From the NCBI GenBank assembly GCA_049510745.1, contig JBEKYR010000001.1, forward strand, positions 96,001 through 160,000: 64,000 bases of DNA, read 5' to 3'. A model generated the notes under the pieces. It was given only the letters and a program-made list of their open reading frames with translations. It was not told where the DNA came from and did no database searches. The position numbers were made by a program, and so were the translations under genes. Source of the DNA: Verrucomicrobiota bacterium. Its GTDB lineage: Bacteria > Verrucomicrobiota > Verrucomicrobiia > Limisphaerales > Palsa-1400. Shown one piece after another: positions 1-10,020 of the stretch; position 1 is the stretch's first letter; every line of letters starts with the position of its first letter.

Positions 1-388
1 TTGGCTCATGGCCGATATGCACCTCGTAGCGAAAGACCGCGGCAGGCGCGTTTTCCGCAAGCTGGCTGTCATATTCAATACTGATCTTTGAGGGGCGATT
101 CCACCAATTGTTGCGCGCATACGGATTGAAAAGCGGAATGGCACTGCTGGGCTGCAGGGTAAAGCTGTGCTGCACAAACGAAGCCGCGCTTGTAATGGCG
201 CGCAGAACAGTGGATTTGCCGGATGCGTTTGGCCCATAAACCCCGATGATCAACGGCAGCCGCTGGCCGCAAGCAGCCCGCGAATCCCGGAAGCAGGCCA
301 AGTCTGGGGCATTTGCAGGCACCTGGAAATCCATCTCCTGCCTGTCGGCCACGGAGAAGAAGTTTTCTATGACAATGCTGTGTATCAT
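1..388 (-). CDS. AAA_21/AAA_15-type ABC-ATPase (RloA/AbiEii-like), N-terminal part; runs off the window edge
   Basis: Not in the ORF track. Manual translation from ATG at 388 gives MIHSIVIENFFSVADRQEMDF...IIGVYGPNASGKSTVLRAI..., open to the window edge. Walker A GPNASGKS and the N-terminal 'IENFFS' are typical of this family. Confidence 0.8.
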   Translation of the reverse strand, partial: MIHSIVIENFFSVADRQEMDFQVPANAPDLACFRDSRAACGQRLPLIIGVYGPNASGKSTVLRAITSAASFVQHSFTLQPSSAIPLFNPYARNNWWNRPSKISIEYDSQLAENAPAAVFRYEVHIGHEP

Positions 389-576
389 GGCTGTAATGTT
401 TGCATATTTTGTGTCGAAAGTCAACGTTGAAACAGATAAAACAGAGACATAAATGCCATTTTGACATAAAAATGTTGTTTAATGCGTTATTCTGATCCGC
501 TGTTGTGCGAACTTACCAAGTTTCCATCAACCCTGCGCCGAAAACCCAACTGGAGCCAGCAAAAGACTGCGGCGGA

Positions 577-2721
577 TCACGGCGCCGGAATTTTTTTCCG
601 TGGTCTCGGCGGCTGGTGGCTGAGCTGGAAATCGACTTGCTTTTTGAAGGTGTCCACTTTGCCGACTTGTACGGTGACTTTGTCGCCGAGCCGGATGACG
701 CGCCGGGTGCGGCGGCCCACCAATTGGTTGCGCGCGGCGTCGAAGATGAAAAAATCGTCCTCGACGGAGGAGAGATGCACTAACCCGCTCATCCCAAGGG
801 CGGGCACATCGACGAAGAATCCGAAATTGCGCACGTCGATGACCAGCGCGGGGTAGGCATGAGGCTGGCCGGATTTCAGTTGGCCGCGCAGATAGGCGAA
901 GAGCTTGACGTCTTTGCTGTCGCGCTCGGCGTCGGCGGAGTTGCGCTCGGTTTCGGAGAGGCGCCGGGCCACGGGGGCGAGGCCGTGCGCGCTGCTTTTG
1001 ACGCTGTCAAATAATGCGCGGTGGACGACCAGGTCGGCGTAGCGGCGGATGGGCGAGGTAAAGTGGGTGTACTTGGCCTTGTTCAGCCCGTAATGGCCGA
1101 GCGGTTCGACGGCGTATCGGGCGCGCATGAGGGATTTGAGAAAACCGATCTTCAGCGCCGGGCCGATGGGCAGGGTGTCCAGGCGCAACAGGAGTTTTTG
1201 CACCTCGGGCCGGTGCGTCAGGCCGCCGCACGGGATATTATGACTGACAACGTCGTCGCGGTATTCCGCCAGGCGCGTTTCGTCGGGCGGCTCGTGAACG
1301 CGATAGATGGCCGGGCGGCGCAGCGACATCAGCCGCGTGGCGACCGCTTCATTGGCCAGGAGCATGAATTCCTCGATCAACTGGTGCGAGACGTCGTTCT
1401 CGATTTTTTCGATCCGCAGGACGCGCCCGCGGGCGTCGAGGCGGATTTTCGTTTCGGGAAAATCCAGGGCGAGCGAGCCGGTCTGGAAACGGGCGCGGCG
1501 AAGGCGCTGGGCCAGGGCGTGGGCCTGATGGAGCATTTGTTCGACGGGATCGCCGGCCGGCGGCCGTTGCAGGATGGCGAGGGTTTCCTTGTAAGTCAGG
1601 CGCCGCCGGGAGCGGATGACGGCGGGATAAAATTTCGCCTCCAGGACGCGCCCCTCGCTGGAGAGGAGAAACTCGACGCATTTGGTCAGGCGGTCCACGG
1701 CGGGATTGAGCGAGCAGAGTTCGTTGCTCAACGCTTCGGGCAACATCGGGATGACGCGGTCCACCAGGTAGGTCGAATTGCCGCGCCGGAGCGCTTCTTC
1801 ATCCAGGGCGCCGCCGGGGCGGACGTAGTGCGAGACATCGGCGATGTGGACCCATAATTTCCATTGATGGCGCGCGTCGCGCGCGAGGCAAATCGCGTCG
1901 TCAAAATCCTTGGCGTCGTCCGGATCGACGGTGACGACGCAATGGCTGCGGCAATCGACCCGCCCGCGCCATTCGTCCGGCGACGGCTCGCCGCGCGGAT
2001 GCGTTTTGGCGATGGCGGCGGCTTCGGAGAGCACCTTTTTGGAAAAATGCGCCGGCAGGTTGTAGTGGCGCAGGACCGAAAGCATATCGACGCCTTCGTT
2101 GCCGCCCGGCCCGAGGACTTCGATGATTTCCCCTTCGGGATTGGTATGCCGGGATTCCCAGGCCTTCAATTCCACGACCACTTTGTCGCCGACACTGGCG
2201 GGCCGGCCCGTATCGCGGGCGGGCGGGACATAGATGTCGTGCGGAATGCGCGGATCGTCGGGAATGACAAATAGAAATTGCCGGCTGCGCTGCAAGGTGC
2301 CGACGATTTGGGCGCGCTTGCGGTCCAGGATGCGGACGACCGCGCCGGTGGCTTGCTCCCGGCCGGACGGGCGGCGGCCGGCGGCGGCGTCGCGCCGCAC
2401 CAGGACGTGATCGCCATTGAAGGCCGTGCCGGTGGCGCTTTCGGGGACGACGATTTCCGGCACGGTGGAATCGTCCGGTTCGAGAAAGCCCTTGCCCTGG
2501 CGGTTGACGCGCAGGACGCCGGGGATGAGGTCGGCCTGGCGGGATTGGATGTAGCGATGGCCCTTGGTGCGGATGATCTGGCCGTTTTGCTCCAGGCGGC
2601 GGAGGGCGTGTTGGAGAGCGGGTTGATCGCCTGGGGAAAGGCCCAGGCGGGAGAGCAACTGATGGAAGTCGGAGGGAGAGTAATCGCGCCGGCCCAGCAG
2701 ACGTAAAATGGCGTCTTCCAT
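577..2721 (-). CDS. rnr: Ribonuclease R
   Basis: RNB motif DPDDAKDFDDA, YTHFTSPIRRYADL, N-terminal HTH/cold-shock region and C-terminal S1 domain. Confidence 0.95.
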   Translation of the reverse strand: MEDAILRLLGRRDYSPSDFHQLLSRLGLSPGDQPALQHALRRLEQNGQIIRTKGHRYIQSRQADLIPGVLRVNRQGKGFLEPDDSTVPEIVVPESATGTAFNGDHVLVRRDAAAGRRPSGREQATGAVVRILDRKRAQIVGTLQRSRQFLFVIPDDPRIPHDIYVPPARDTGRPASVGDKVVVELKAWESRHTNPEGEIIEVLGPGGNEGVDMLSVLRHYNLPAHFSKKVLSEAAAIAKTHPRGEPSPDEWRGRVDCRSHCVVTVDPDDAKDFDDAICLARDARHQWKLWVHIADVSHYVRPGGALDEEALRRGNSTYLVDRVIPMLPEALSNELCSLNPAVDRLTKCVEFLLSSEGRVLEAKFYPAVIRSRRRLTYKETLAILQRPPAGDPVEQMLHQAHALAQRLRRARFQTGSLALDFPETKIRLDARGRVLRIEKIENDVSHQLIEEFMLLANEAVATRLMSLRRPAIYRVHEPPDETRLAEYRDDVVSHNIPCGGLTHRPEVQKLLLRLDTLPIGPALKIGFLKSLMRARYAVEPLGHYGLNKAKYTHFTSPIRRYADLVVHRALFDSVKSSAHGLAPVARRLSETERNSADAERDSKDVKLFAYLRGQLKSGQPHAYPALVIDVRNFGFFVDVPALGMSGLVHLSSVEDDFFIFDAARNQLVGRRTRRVIRLGDKVTVQVGKVDTFKKQVDFQLSHQPPRPRKKIPAP

Positions 2722-2722
2722 G

Positions 2723-3679
2723 TCAACCGCCCAGGGCGGCCAGTTGCTCGCGGCCTTCCATCAGGAATTCGAGATAGGAGCAGAGGCGGGCCTTCATTTC
2801 CAGGCGCGGCACAATGGCGTCAATCAAACCGTGCTCAAGCAAGAACTCGGCCGTTTGAAAGCCCGGCGGCAATTCCGATTGGGTGGTGCTCTCGATCACG
2901 CGCGGCCCGGCAAAACCGATCATCGCGCCCGGCTCGGCCAGGATCAAATCGCCCACCGCGGCGAAGCTGGCCATGACGCCGGCCATGGTTGGGTTGGTCA
3001 GCACGCTGATGTAGGGCAGCTTGTTGCGGGCGTGATAGGCCAGCGCGCCGCAGGTCTTGGCCATTTGCATCAAGCTGAACATCCCTTCATACATGCGGGC
3101 GCCGCCGCTGGTGGAAATGATGATGACGGGCAGGCCCTTGTCGGTGGCCGCCTCGATCAAACGGGTCAGCTTCTCGCCCACGACCGCGCCCATCGAGCCG
3201 CCCAGGAATCCAAAATCCATCACCCCCAGGGCGACGCGGCATTTGCCCACGCGCCCGATGCCGGTGCAGACGGCGTCCTTGAGGTTGGTTTCCTTTTTGT
3301 ATTGTTCGAGTTTGGCGGTGTAGGCGGCCACGCCGGTGAATTTGAGCACATCAACACTTTCCATGGAGGCGTCGGCCTCCTCGAAGGAACAAGTCTCGAC
3401 CAGGGCGTGGATGCGTTCGCGGGCGCTGATGGGGAAATGATACTGGCATTTGGGGCAGACCTTGAGGTTGGCGTCCAGCTCCTTGTCATAGATCATGGCG
3501 GCGCACTTTTTGCACTTGGTCCAGAGGCCCTCCGGGATTTCGCGCTTGCGTGAGGGAGGGCCGGCCAGCTTGGGTTTCTTCACGAAACTGGTGGTCTGGG
3601 CGTCCGAGGGCGGCGGCGTGACGGCGGGTTCACCGGTTTCCAGGTTGAGGGTCTTTTTCGTAAATGAAGTTGTGGCCAT
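2723..3679 (-). CDS. accD: Acetyl-CoA carboxylase carboxyltransferase beta subunit
   Basis: Zn finger WTKCKKC...CPKC, FLGGSMG, SGGARMYEG, FQTAEFLLEHGLID. Confidence 0.97.
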   Translation of the reverse strand: MATTSFTKKTLNLETGEPAVTPPPSDAQTTSFVKKPKLAGPPSRKREIPEGLWTKCKKCAAMIYDKELDANLKVCPKCQYHFPISARERIHALVETCSFEEADASMESVDVLKFTGVAAYTAKLEQYKKETNLKDAVCTGIGRVGKCRVALGVMDFGFLGGSMGAVVGEKLTRLIEAATDKGLPVIIISTSGGARMYEGMFSLMQMAKTCGALAYHARNKLPYISVLTNPTMAGVMASFAAVGDLILAEPGAMIGFAGPRVIESTTQSELPPGFQTAEFLLEHGLIDAIVPRLEMKARLCSYLEFLMEGREQLAALGG

Positions 3680-3749
3680 ATTAAAACCTCGTCATCCGAT
3701 TGTTAATTGCCAGCACTTTATCCATTAAACCCGATCCGCTTGCGCGGCG

Positions 3750-4487
3750 TCAAGTTCCGCGCGCCACCGTCCAGACACAGACATCGCCCGCGCCGGCTTG
3801 GCGGGCCGCCTGGGCGCAAGCGTGCGTTGTGGCGCCCGTCGTGAGCACATCATCCACCAAAATAACTTTTTGGCCATCCAATTCTTTTCCGGCCCGCGGG
3901 GCGAAGGCCGCCTGCATGTTGGCGGCCCGTTCCGGGCGGGTCAACCTGGTCTGGGTCTGGGTGAATTTGACCCGGCGGAGCAGGCGATTGTTCACCGGAA
4001 GGCCCAACGCGCGGCCCAGGTGGCGGGCCAGGCAGTTGGCCTGGTTGAATTCCCGTTCGCGCTCTTTGAGCGGATGCAGCGGCACCGGAACAATCAGGTC
4101 CCATTTTTCGCCGGCCAGGGCGGGGGCCGCCTGTCGCACCAGCAGATCGGCCAGGAACGGCTCGAACCAAACCGCCCGCTTGTATTTGTAACGATGGATG
4201 ATGTCCAGAATCAGCGCGTTGGCCGCCACCGCCGAGCGGGCATAGCGAAAACCGAATTCGACCTCCGCGCAATTCGCGCAGCGGAACGGTTGGGTGATGT
4301 GGCCTTCGTAGGGCAGTCCGCACCGCTCGCAAAACGGGGCGGTGATGAAGCGAACGCCCGACCAGCATTCGCCGCCGACATACCCCTCGGCCGCTCCGGC
4401 GCGTTCCTGGCCGCAAATCTGGCACACCGGCGGATAAATGAAATTCAACGCGGCGTCGAGGGCGGTTTTGAAATTCGAGAGGTTCAC
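3750..4487 (-). CDS. comF: ComF family protein (double zinc ribbon plus phosphoribosyltransferase domain)
   Basis: CxxC pairs, VPVPLH...REFNQA, LVDDVLTTGAT. Confidence 0.92.
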   Translation of the reverse strand: MNLSNFKTALDAALNFIYPPVCQICGQERAGAAEGYVGGECWSGVRFITAPFCERCGLPYEGHITQPFRCANCAEVEFGFRYARSAVAANALILDIIHRYKYKRAVWFEPFLADLLVRQAAPALAGEKWDLIVPVPLHPLKEREREFNQANCLARHLGRALGLPVNNRLLRRVKFTQTQTRLTRPERAANMQAAFAPRAGKELDGQKVILVDDVLTTGATTHACAQAARQAGAGDVCVWTVARGT

Positions 4488-4505
4488 CCGAATCCTTGGC
4501 GACCT

Positions 4506-4736
4506 TTATCCCTTGCGCAATTCGGCGCGCGCCTCACGGATGATGTCAGGCAGACGATCCAGTTTTCCCGAACGGCGGTCGGCCTCGGCGTCGGCTGACA
4601 ACTCGCGCCAGAGCCGTTCCTTCTCCAGACGCGGTAAAAGGCGGTGCAGCAGCAGCAAGCTCTCGTCATCCATAGCCTCGATGCGCTGGATGAGTTCAGG
4701 CCGCAATTTCCGGGCTTCTAAGACGGTCGCTTCCAT
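4506..4736 (-). CDS. Small hypothetical protein, possibly antitoxin-like
   Basis: 76-aa charged helical ORF (MEATVLEARKLRPEL...DAEADRRSGKLDRL). Function is not supported. Confidence 0.55.
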   Translation of the reverse strand: MEATVLEARKLRPELIQRIEAMDDESLLLLHRLLPRLEKERLWRELSADAEADRRSGKLDRLPDIIREARAELRKG

Positions 4737-4833
4737 GACACCATCATGCGCCAGCCTGCCTGCCAAAGCGAGTCATTTCTGGTGAATTTGATTTTGGCTT
4801 GCCATGCCAAGCTGCTTGGCATATCTTCTCTTG

Positions 4834-5196
4834 ATGCGAAACGCGATCTCTGCTCACTACGCCAAAATCGGCCGCCGGGGCGGTCTGGCCTCCACGCCAG
4901 CCAAGCGCGCGGCGGCGCGGCGCAACGCCCTCAAACGCTGGCGGCGCAAGCCGGATGCCGGAATTCTGCCATTGAACAGGTTGCGCGATGGAATGTGGTA
5001 TCTTGGCCGCGGGCGCAACGGGGCCGCCGGGTTGTGGGATGCGCGCGCCCGATGCTTTTGGACCATTGCCCTGAATGACTTCGCGGACCCGGCCACTTTC
5101 CCGGCTGAACCACGACGCCAGGTTCGTCTGAAACGAGAGGACTACTTTTCCCGCCAGAGCGGGACTTTCAGACCAACCGCCCGTTTGGGAGCCTGA
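4834..5196 (+). CDS. Hypothetical basic protein
   Basis: 120-aa ORF with a basic N-terminus (AKIGRRGGLASTPAKRAAARRN) followed by a globular-looking, Trp-rich segment. Confidence 0.55.
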   Translation: MRNAISAHYAKIGRRGGLASTPAKRAAARRNALKRWRRKPDAGILPLNRLRDGMWYLGRGRNGAAGLWDARARCFWTIALNDFADPATFPAEPRRQVRLKREDYFSRQSGTFRPTARLGA

Positions 5197-5332
5197 AGCG
5201 TGTTCACAACCTGTTCCCAAATTCAGGAAGCCCTATCCCGCCTCGGACGCCGTCTGGCTTTAAACTTGGAACATTAAACTCGCGCAAGCGCGCTTGCAGT
5301 GGGGCGGCGATTGGTTCTAAATGTGCGGCCGG

Positions 5333-6013
5333 ATGAACAACCAGACAGTCACATTTACCAAAGAGGACCCGTGGCGCGTGTTTCGCATCATGGCGGAATT
5401 CGTCGATTCCTTCGAAGTTCTGTCGCAGGTCGGGCCGTCGGTGACGATTTTTGGCTCGGCCCGGACGCGGCCCGGCGATCCGTATTACCAGGCGGCGGCG
5501 GCCCTGGCCAGGGAGTTGGCCAAGAATAAACTGCCGGTCATCACCGGCGGGGGGCCGGGCATCATGGAGGCGGCCAATCGCGGCGCGGCCGAGGGCGGCG
5601 GCAAATCCATCGGCCTGAATATCGAGCTGCCGTTCGAGCAGAAAGGAAACCGCTTCGTCAATGTCCCGATGCAGTTTCACTACTTTTTTTCGCGCAAGGT
5701 CTGTTTCGTCAAGTACAGCATTGCCTTTGTCTATATGCCGGGCGGATTCGGCACGCTGGATGAGTTCTTCGAGGTGCTCACCCTGGTGCAGACCCAGCGC
5801 ATCCCGCGTTTTCCGCTCATCCTCTTCGGGCGCGATCACTGGCGCGGCTTGCTCCGCTGGATGAAAAGCACGCTGGTGAGGGAAAAGATGATCAGCCCGG
5901 GTGATCTGGATTTGTTTTTCCTGACGGATGACGTCGAGGCCGCGGTGCATCGGATTCTCGATTACATGAGACAGGTCGGGCCGCCGGAAGTGACGCCGCG
6001 CGCCCTGGCCTGA
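5333..6013 (+). CDS. LOG family (TIGR00730-type) nucleotide phosphoribohydrolase
   Basis: FGSART, TGGGPGIMEAAN, PGGFGTLDE. Confidence 0.93.
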   Translation: MNNQTVTFTKEDPWRVFRIMAEFVDSFEVLSQVGPSVTIFGSARTRPGDPYYQAAAALARELAKNKLPVITGGGPGIMEAANRGAAEGGGKSIGLNIELPFEQKGNRFVNVPMQFHYFFSRKVCFVKYSIAFVYMPGGFGTLDEFFEVLTLVQTQRIPRFPLILFGRDHWRGLLRWMKSTLVREKMISPGDLDLFFLTDDVEAAVHRILDYMRQVGPPEVTPRALA

Positions 6014-6031
6014 ATTTCACCCGGCGGCCCC

Positions 6032-7294
6032 ATGTACAAAGTGACGCGCCTGGAGAATGGGTTGACGGTGGCCACGGCCGAAATGCCGCACATGGCCAGC
6101 GTGAGCGTCGGGATATGGGTTGGGGTGGGAGGCCGCCATGAGCCGGCGGAGGTGAACGGCGTGTCGCACTTTATCGAGCACCTGCTCTTCAAAGGGACCC
6201 GGAAACGGTCGGCGCGGGAAATTTCGCAGGCGGTCGAGGGCATCGGCGGTTACCTCAACGCGTTCACCAGCGAGGAGCAGACCTGTTTTTATGCCCGCGC
6301 CCGCCACGGCGATTTTGGGCGGCTGCTGGAAGTGCTGGCGGACATGTTTTTGCATTCGACGTTCGAGCCGGTGGAAATTGACAAGGAACGCGAGGTGATC
6401 AAGGAGGAGCTGGCCATGTACATCGACCAGCCGCAGCAGTATGTCCAGGAATTGCTCAACGCCACCATGTGGCCCGATCAACCCCTGGGCCGCTGCATCA
6501 CCGGCACGGAGAAGACGCTCGACGCCATCCGGCGCCCGCACCTGCTCGATTATCAAAAGAGCCACTATGTGGCGGCGGCGTCGCTGCTGGCCGTGGCGGG
6601 CCGGATCACGCACGCCGAGGCGGTAAGGGCGGCGCGGAAGTATGCGGGGAAGTTCGCGCGCGGTCCGCGGCCGGGCTGCGCGCCCGCCGTGACCGCGCAA
6701 ACCAAGCCGGCCCTCTGCCTTCACACCAAGGAAACCGAGCAAACGCAGATCGCCCTCGGCATCCGCACTTGCTCGCGCCATGACGAACGGCGCTTTGCCC
6801 TGCGCCTGCTCAACGTCGTGCTGGGAGAGAACATGAGTTCGCGCCTCTTCCAAACCGTGCGCGAAGACCACGGCCTGGCTTACTCCATTTACAGCGGCAA
6901 CAGCTTTTTCGACGACGCCGGCGACATTGTCATTTCGGCGGGGCTGGACCTGGATAATTTGGGGAAGACACTCAAAATCATTGTGCGGGAAATGAAACGC
7001 CTGACGGCGGAGCCGGTGCCGGCGGCGGAGTTGCGCCGCGCGCGCGATTATCTCATCGGCCAGCTTGACCTGAGCCTGGAAAGCAGCGAGAACCAAATGA
7101 TGTGGGTGGGCGAACAATGGCTGGGTTACGGGAAAATTTCGCCGCCGGACGAAGTCAAGAGGCGTTTGAGCGAAGTCCCGGCGGGCAGAGTTCGCGCCGC
7201 GGCGCGGGAGTTCTTCCGCCCCGAACGCTTCAGCCTCGCGCTGATCAGCCCCTTGAAATCCGCCCGCGGATTGGAGAAATTGCTGGCGGCCTGA
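6032..7294 (+). CDS. M16 (pitrilysin) family zinc peptidase
   Basis: Inverted zincin motif HFIEH, LNAFTS, SSRLFQTVRE..GLAYSI. Confidence 0.95.
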   Translation: MYKVTRLENGLTVATAEMPHMASVSVGIWVGVGGRHEPAEVNGVSHFIEHLLFKGTRKRSAREISQAVEGIGGYLNAFTSEEQTCFYARARHGDFGRLLEVLADMFLHSTFEPVEIDKEREVIKEELAMYIDQPQQYVQELLNATMWPDQPLGRCITGTEKTLDAIRRPHLLDYQKSHYVAAASLLAVAGRITHAEAVRAARKYAGKFARGPRPGCAPAVTAQTKPALCLHTKETEQTQIALGIRTCSRHDERRFALRLLNVVLGENMSSRLFQTVREDHGLAYSIYSGNSFFDDAGDIVISAGLDLDNLGKTLKIIVREMKRLTAEPVPAAELRRARDYLIGQLDLSLESSENQMMWVGEQWLGYGKISPPDEVKRRLSEVPAGRVRAAAREFFRPERFSLALISPLKSARGLEKLLAA

Positions 7295-7307
7295 TCTGGA
7301 ACAACTG

Positions 7308-8723
7308 GTGCGCCCGGTTCTTCAATCCATTCAAACGTCGCACACGCCCGAATCGCTGGTCGAGCGGCTGGCGGGGGAGCGGGGGATTGTTCTGTTGCGC
7401 AGCGCCTTCTTCGACTCGCCGCAGGCGCGCTACTCGTTTGTGGCGGCGCGTCCGCTGCTGGTCTTCCGGTCTTTCGGCGCGCGCTGTGAGCTGGACGGCC
7501 CGGACCGGGTGCAATTCGGCAATCCGTGGCAGGGGCTGGAGGAGTTGATGGCGCGTTACGAACTGCTCGATGAGATCGACCTGCCGTTCCCGCTGGGCGG
7601 CTGCTTTGGCTATTGGGGCTACGACTTGAGGAATTTTGTCGAACCCCGGCTGCCGCGGGCCGCCGTCAACGACCTGGACCTGCCCGATTGCCACGCCGGG
7701 TTTTACGACAGCCTGGCGGTCTTTGATCATCGTCTTGACAAGACCTGGATCATTTCGACCGGCCTGCGGCCGGACGGTTCGCGGAGCGCGGCCCGGGCGC
7801 GGCAACAGCTTGATTTCTGGGCCGGCCATCTGGCGTCCGCTCCCACTCTTAGCGCGCCTGAAGAAACGGAGGCGCCGGCCTTTCGCTCGAATCTGTCGCG
7901 GGACGCTTTCGTGGCCAAAGTGCGGCGGGCGCAGGAATACATCCGGGCCGGAGACATTTACCAGGTGAACCTGTCGCACCGGTTGAGCGCGAGAACCAAG
8001 GCGGCGGGATGGGCGTTTTTCGAGCGATTGTGCGAGGTGTCGCCGGCGCCGTTCGCGGCTTACCTGGACGGCGGGGACTTCCAGATCTGCTCCTCGTCGC
8101 CGGAAATGTTTTTGCGGCTCAACGGCCTGGAGATTCGGACCCGGCCGATCAAGGGGACGCGCCCGCGCTCGGCGGACGCGACGCGGGACGCGCAGTTGAC
8201 TTACGAACTCCAAACCAGCCCGAAGGACATGGCGGAGTTGGTCATGATCACCGACCTGATGCGCAATGACCTGGGCAAAGTGTGCGAGTACGGCTCGGTG
8301 CAGGTGCCGGAATTGGTGTGTTTGGAGCGCTATCCCCAGGTGCAACATCTGGTCTCGACCGTCACCGGGCGATTGCGGCCCGAGCAGACCCATTTCTCGG
8401 CTTTTGCCTCGTGTTTTCCCGGCGGCAGCGTCACGGGCGCGCCGAAAATCCGGGCCATGGAAATCATCGACGAATTGGAGCCGTTGACGCGCGGCCCCTA
8501 TACCGGCGCCATCGGATACCTGGGCTTCAACCGCCAGAGCCAGTTGAGCATCGCCATTCGCACGGCGATTTGCCGCGGCGGCGAAGTTCATTTTCAAGTC
8601 GGCGCGGGAATCGTGGCCGATTCGGTGGCCGAGGCGGAATACGAGGAAACGATGGCCAAGGCGGGCGGATTCTTCGCCGCGCTCGGCCGGCGGCAAACCC
8701 CTTTCCAACCCGCTTCCGCATGA
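7308..8723 (+). CDS. pabB: Aminodeoxychorismate synthase component I
   Basis: GDIYQVNL, SSSPE, TRPIKGTRPR, FPGGSVTGAPK. The PIKGT motif favours PabB over TrpE. Confidence 0.9.
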   Translation: MRPVLQSIQTSHTPESLVERLAGERGIVLLRSAFFDSPQARYSFVAARPLLVFRSFGARCELDGPDRVQFGNPWQGLEELMARYELLDEIDLPFPLGGCFGYWGYDLRNFVEPRLPRAAVNDLDLPDCHAGFYDSLAVFDHRLDKTWIISTGLRPDGSRSAARARQQLDFWAGHLASAPTLSAPEETEAPAFRSNLSRDAFVAKVRRAQEYIRAGDIYQVNLSHRLSARTKAAGWAFFERLCEVSPAPFAAYLDGGDFQICSSSPEMFLRLNGLEIRTRPIKGTRPRSADATRDAQLTYELQTSPKDMAELVMITDLMRNDLGKVCEYGSVQVPELVCLERYPQVQHLVSTVTGRLRPEQTHFSAFASCFPGGSVTGAPKIRAMEIIDELEPLTRGPYTGAIGYLGFNRQSQLSIAIRTAICRGGEVHFQVGAGIVADSVAEAEYEETMAKAGGFFAALGRRQTPFQPASA

Positions 8724-9580
8724 TTGTTTTTCTCAACGGCGAATTTGTGGCGGAAGAAAAGGCGGTGGTCTCGGTCTTTGACCGCGGTTTTCTTTACGGC
8801 GACGGGTTGTTCGAGGGAATGATCGTGACGCGGGGGCGGCCGTTCCGCTGGAACGAACATATCGAGCGGCTCCGGAGCGGCGTTGCATTTTTAAAGTTGA
8901 CGCTGCCGTATTCCCCGGCGCAACTGCTGGAGTTCGCCCTGCAACTGATCGAACGCAACCAAATGCCCGACTGCATCCTGCGCCTGAGCCTTTCCCGGGG
9001 GATCACCGAGCGCGGATATTCGCCGAAAAATGCCACGCGGCCCGCCCTCGTCATGACCCTGCACCCGGCGCCCAGGATCGGGGGCGCACGGCCGCCGCGC
9101 TGGCGCGTGATCACCTCCTCCTTCCGCCTGCCTGCCGGCGATCCGCTGACTCGTTTCAAGACCGCCAACAAGCTGCCGCAGGTGCTGGCCCGCGCCGAAG
9201 CCGACGCCGCCGGAGCGCAAGAGGCGCTTCTGCTCAACACCGCCGGCTGCCTCGCGGAAGGGACGACGAGCAACGTCTTTTGGGTGCGGGACAACGTCGT
9301 CTGCACCCCGCCGCCGCCGAGCGGCGCGCTGCCCGGCGTGACGCGGCAGGCCATCCTTGATCTCTGCGTCAAGAATAAGATTCCGTGGCGGGAGAAGCAG
9401 GCCAGGCCCGCCGTCCTGCGCGGCGCCGACGGGGTGTTCCTGACCATGACCTCGATGGGGGTCGTCGAAGTGGAGTTTCTGGATGGCCGCCGACTCAAAC
9501 GGTCGCCGTTGGTGAAGAAGCTCTGGGCGGATTACCGCGGGTTGACAGGGCAAGGAAGAGGGAAGAAGGCAGAAGGATGA
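8720..9580 (+). CDS. pabC: Aminotransferase class IV (aminodeoxychorismate lyase-like)
   Basis: ATGA overlap with pabB. Motifs DRGFLYGDGLFE, KTAN, EGTTSNVF, LPGVTR. Confidence 0.8.
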   Translation: MIVFLNGEFVAEEKAVVSVFDRGFLYGDGLFEGMIVTRGRPFRWNEHIERLRSGVAFLKLTLPYSPAQLLEFALQLIERNQMPDCILRLSLSRGITERGYSPKNATRPALVMTLHPAPRIGGARPPRWRVITSSFRLPAGDPLTRFKTANKLPQVLARAEADAAGAQEALLLNTAGCLAEGTTSNVFWVRDNVVCTPPPPSGALPGVTRQAILDLCVKNKIPWREKQARPAVLRGADGVFLTMTSMGVVEVEFLDGRRLKRSPLVKKLWADYRGLTGQGRGKKAEG

Positions 9581-9680
9581 AGGAAGAAGACCCATTTTCT
9601 TTGGCACTTGTGAGGTTTTTCGTCACTGGTCGCCGTCGCCAAATCCGGGTATTTTTTGAATTTTCATTTTTTGGCCCGAT

Positions 9681-9750
9681 TTAGCCGGATTTACCCGGAT
9701 TTGTCCGGATTTACCCGGATTTGTCCGGATTTATCCGGATTTGTCCGGGT
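9681..9750. repeat. 10-bp tandem array, about 7 units (TT[A/G]NCCGGAT)
   Basis: ttagccggat ttacccggat ttgtccggat ttacccggat ttgtccggat ttatccggat ttgtccgggt. Confidence 0.95.
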
Positions 9751-10020
9751 TTTTGGATTCGTTTTCCGGGTTGAATCCGGCATTTTTTGCCGCTTTTAGG
9801 GGTAGTTCCCGGTGCTGGCGGTGTATCGGGTCTGCGCTTGAACCGCCCGAGATTTGAGTTTTTACGTCAAGTCTGTCACCTGCAAATGAGGGCATAGGTC
9901 GCCGATGAGGGCGAACGTCCAAGGTTTGACTGGCTTGATTGGTGAGGCAATGCGACGAATGGCTGATCGGATGCGGTAAACGTTCCACCAATTTCATCTC
10001 CGGCCCAAACTTCCCCGGCT

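Noticed and set aside
9681..9750. Possible CRISPR array (also 32261-32310 and 47271-47307)
   Set aside because: The units are 10 bp, contiguous and have no unique spacers. No cas genes are present.
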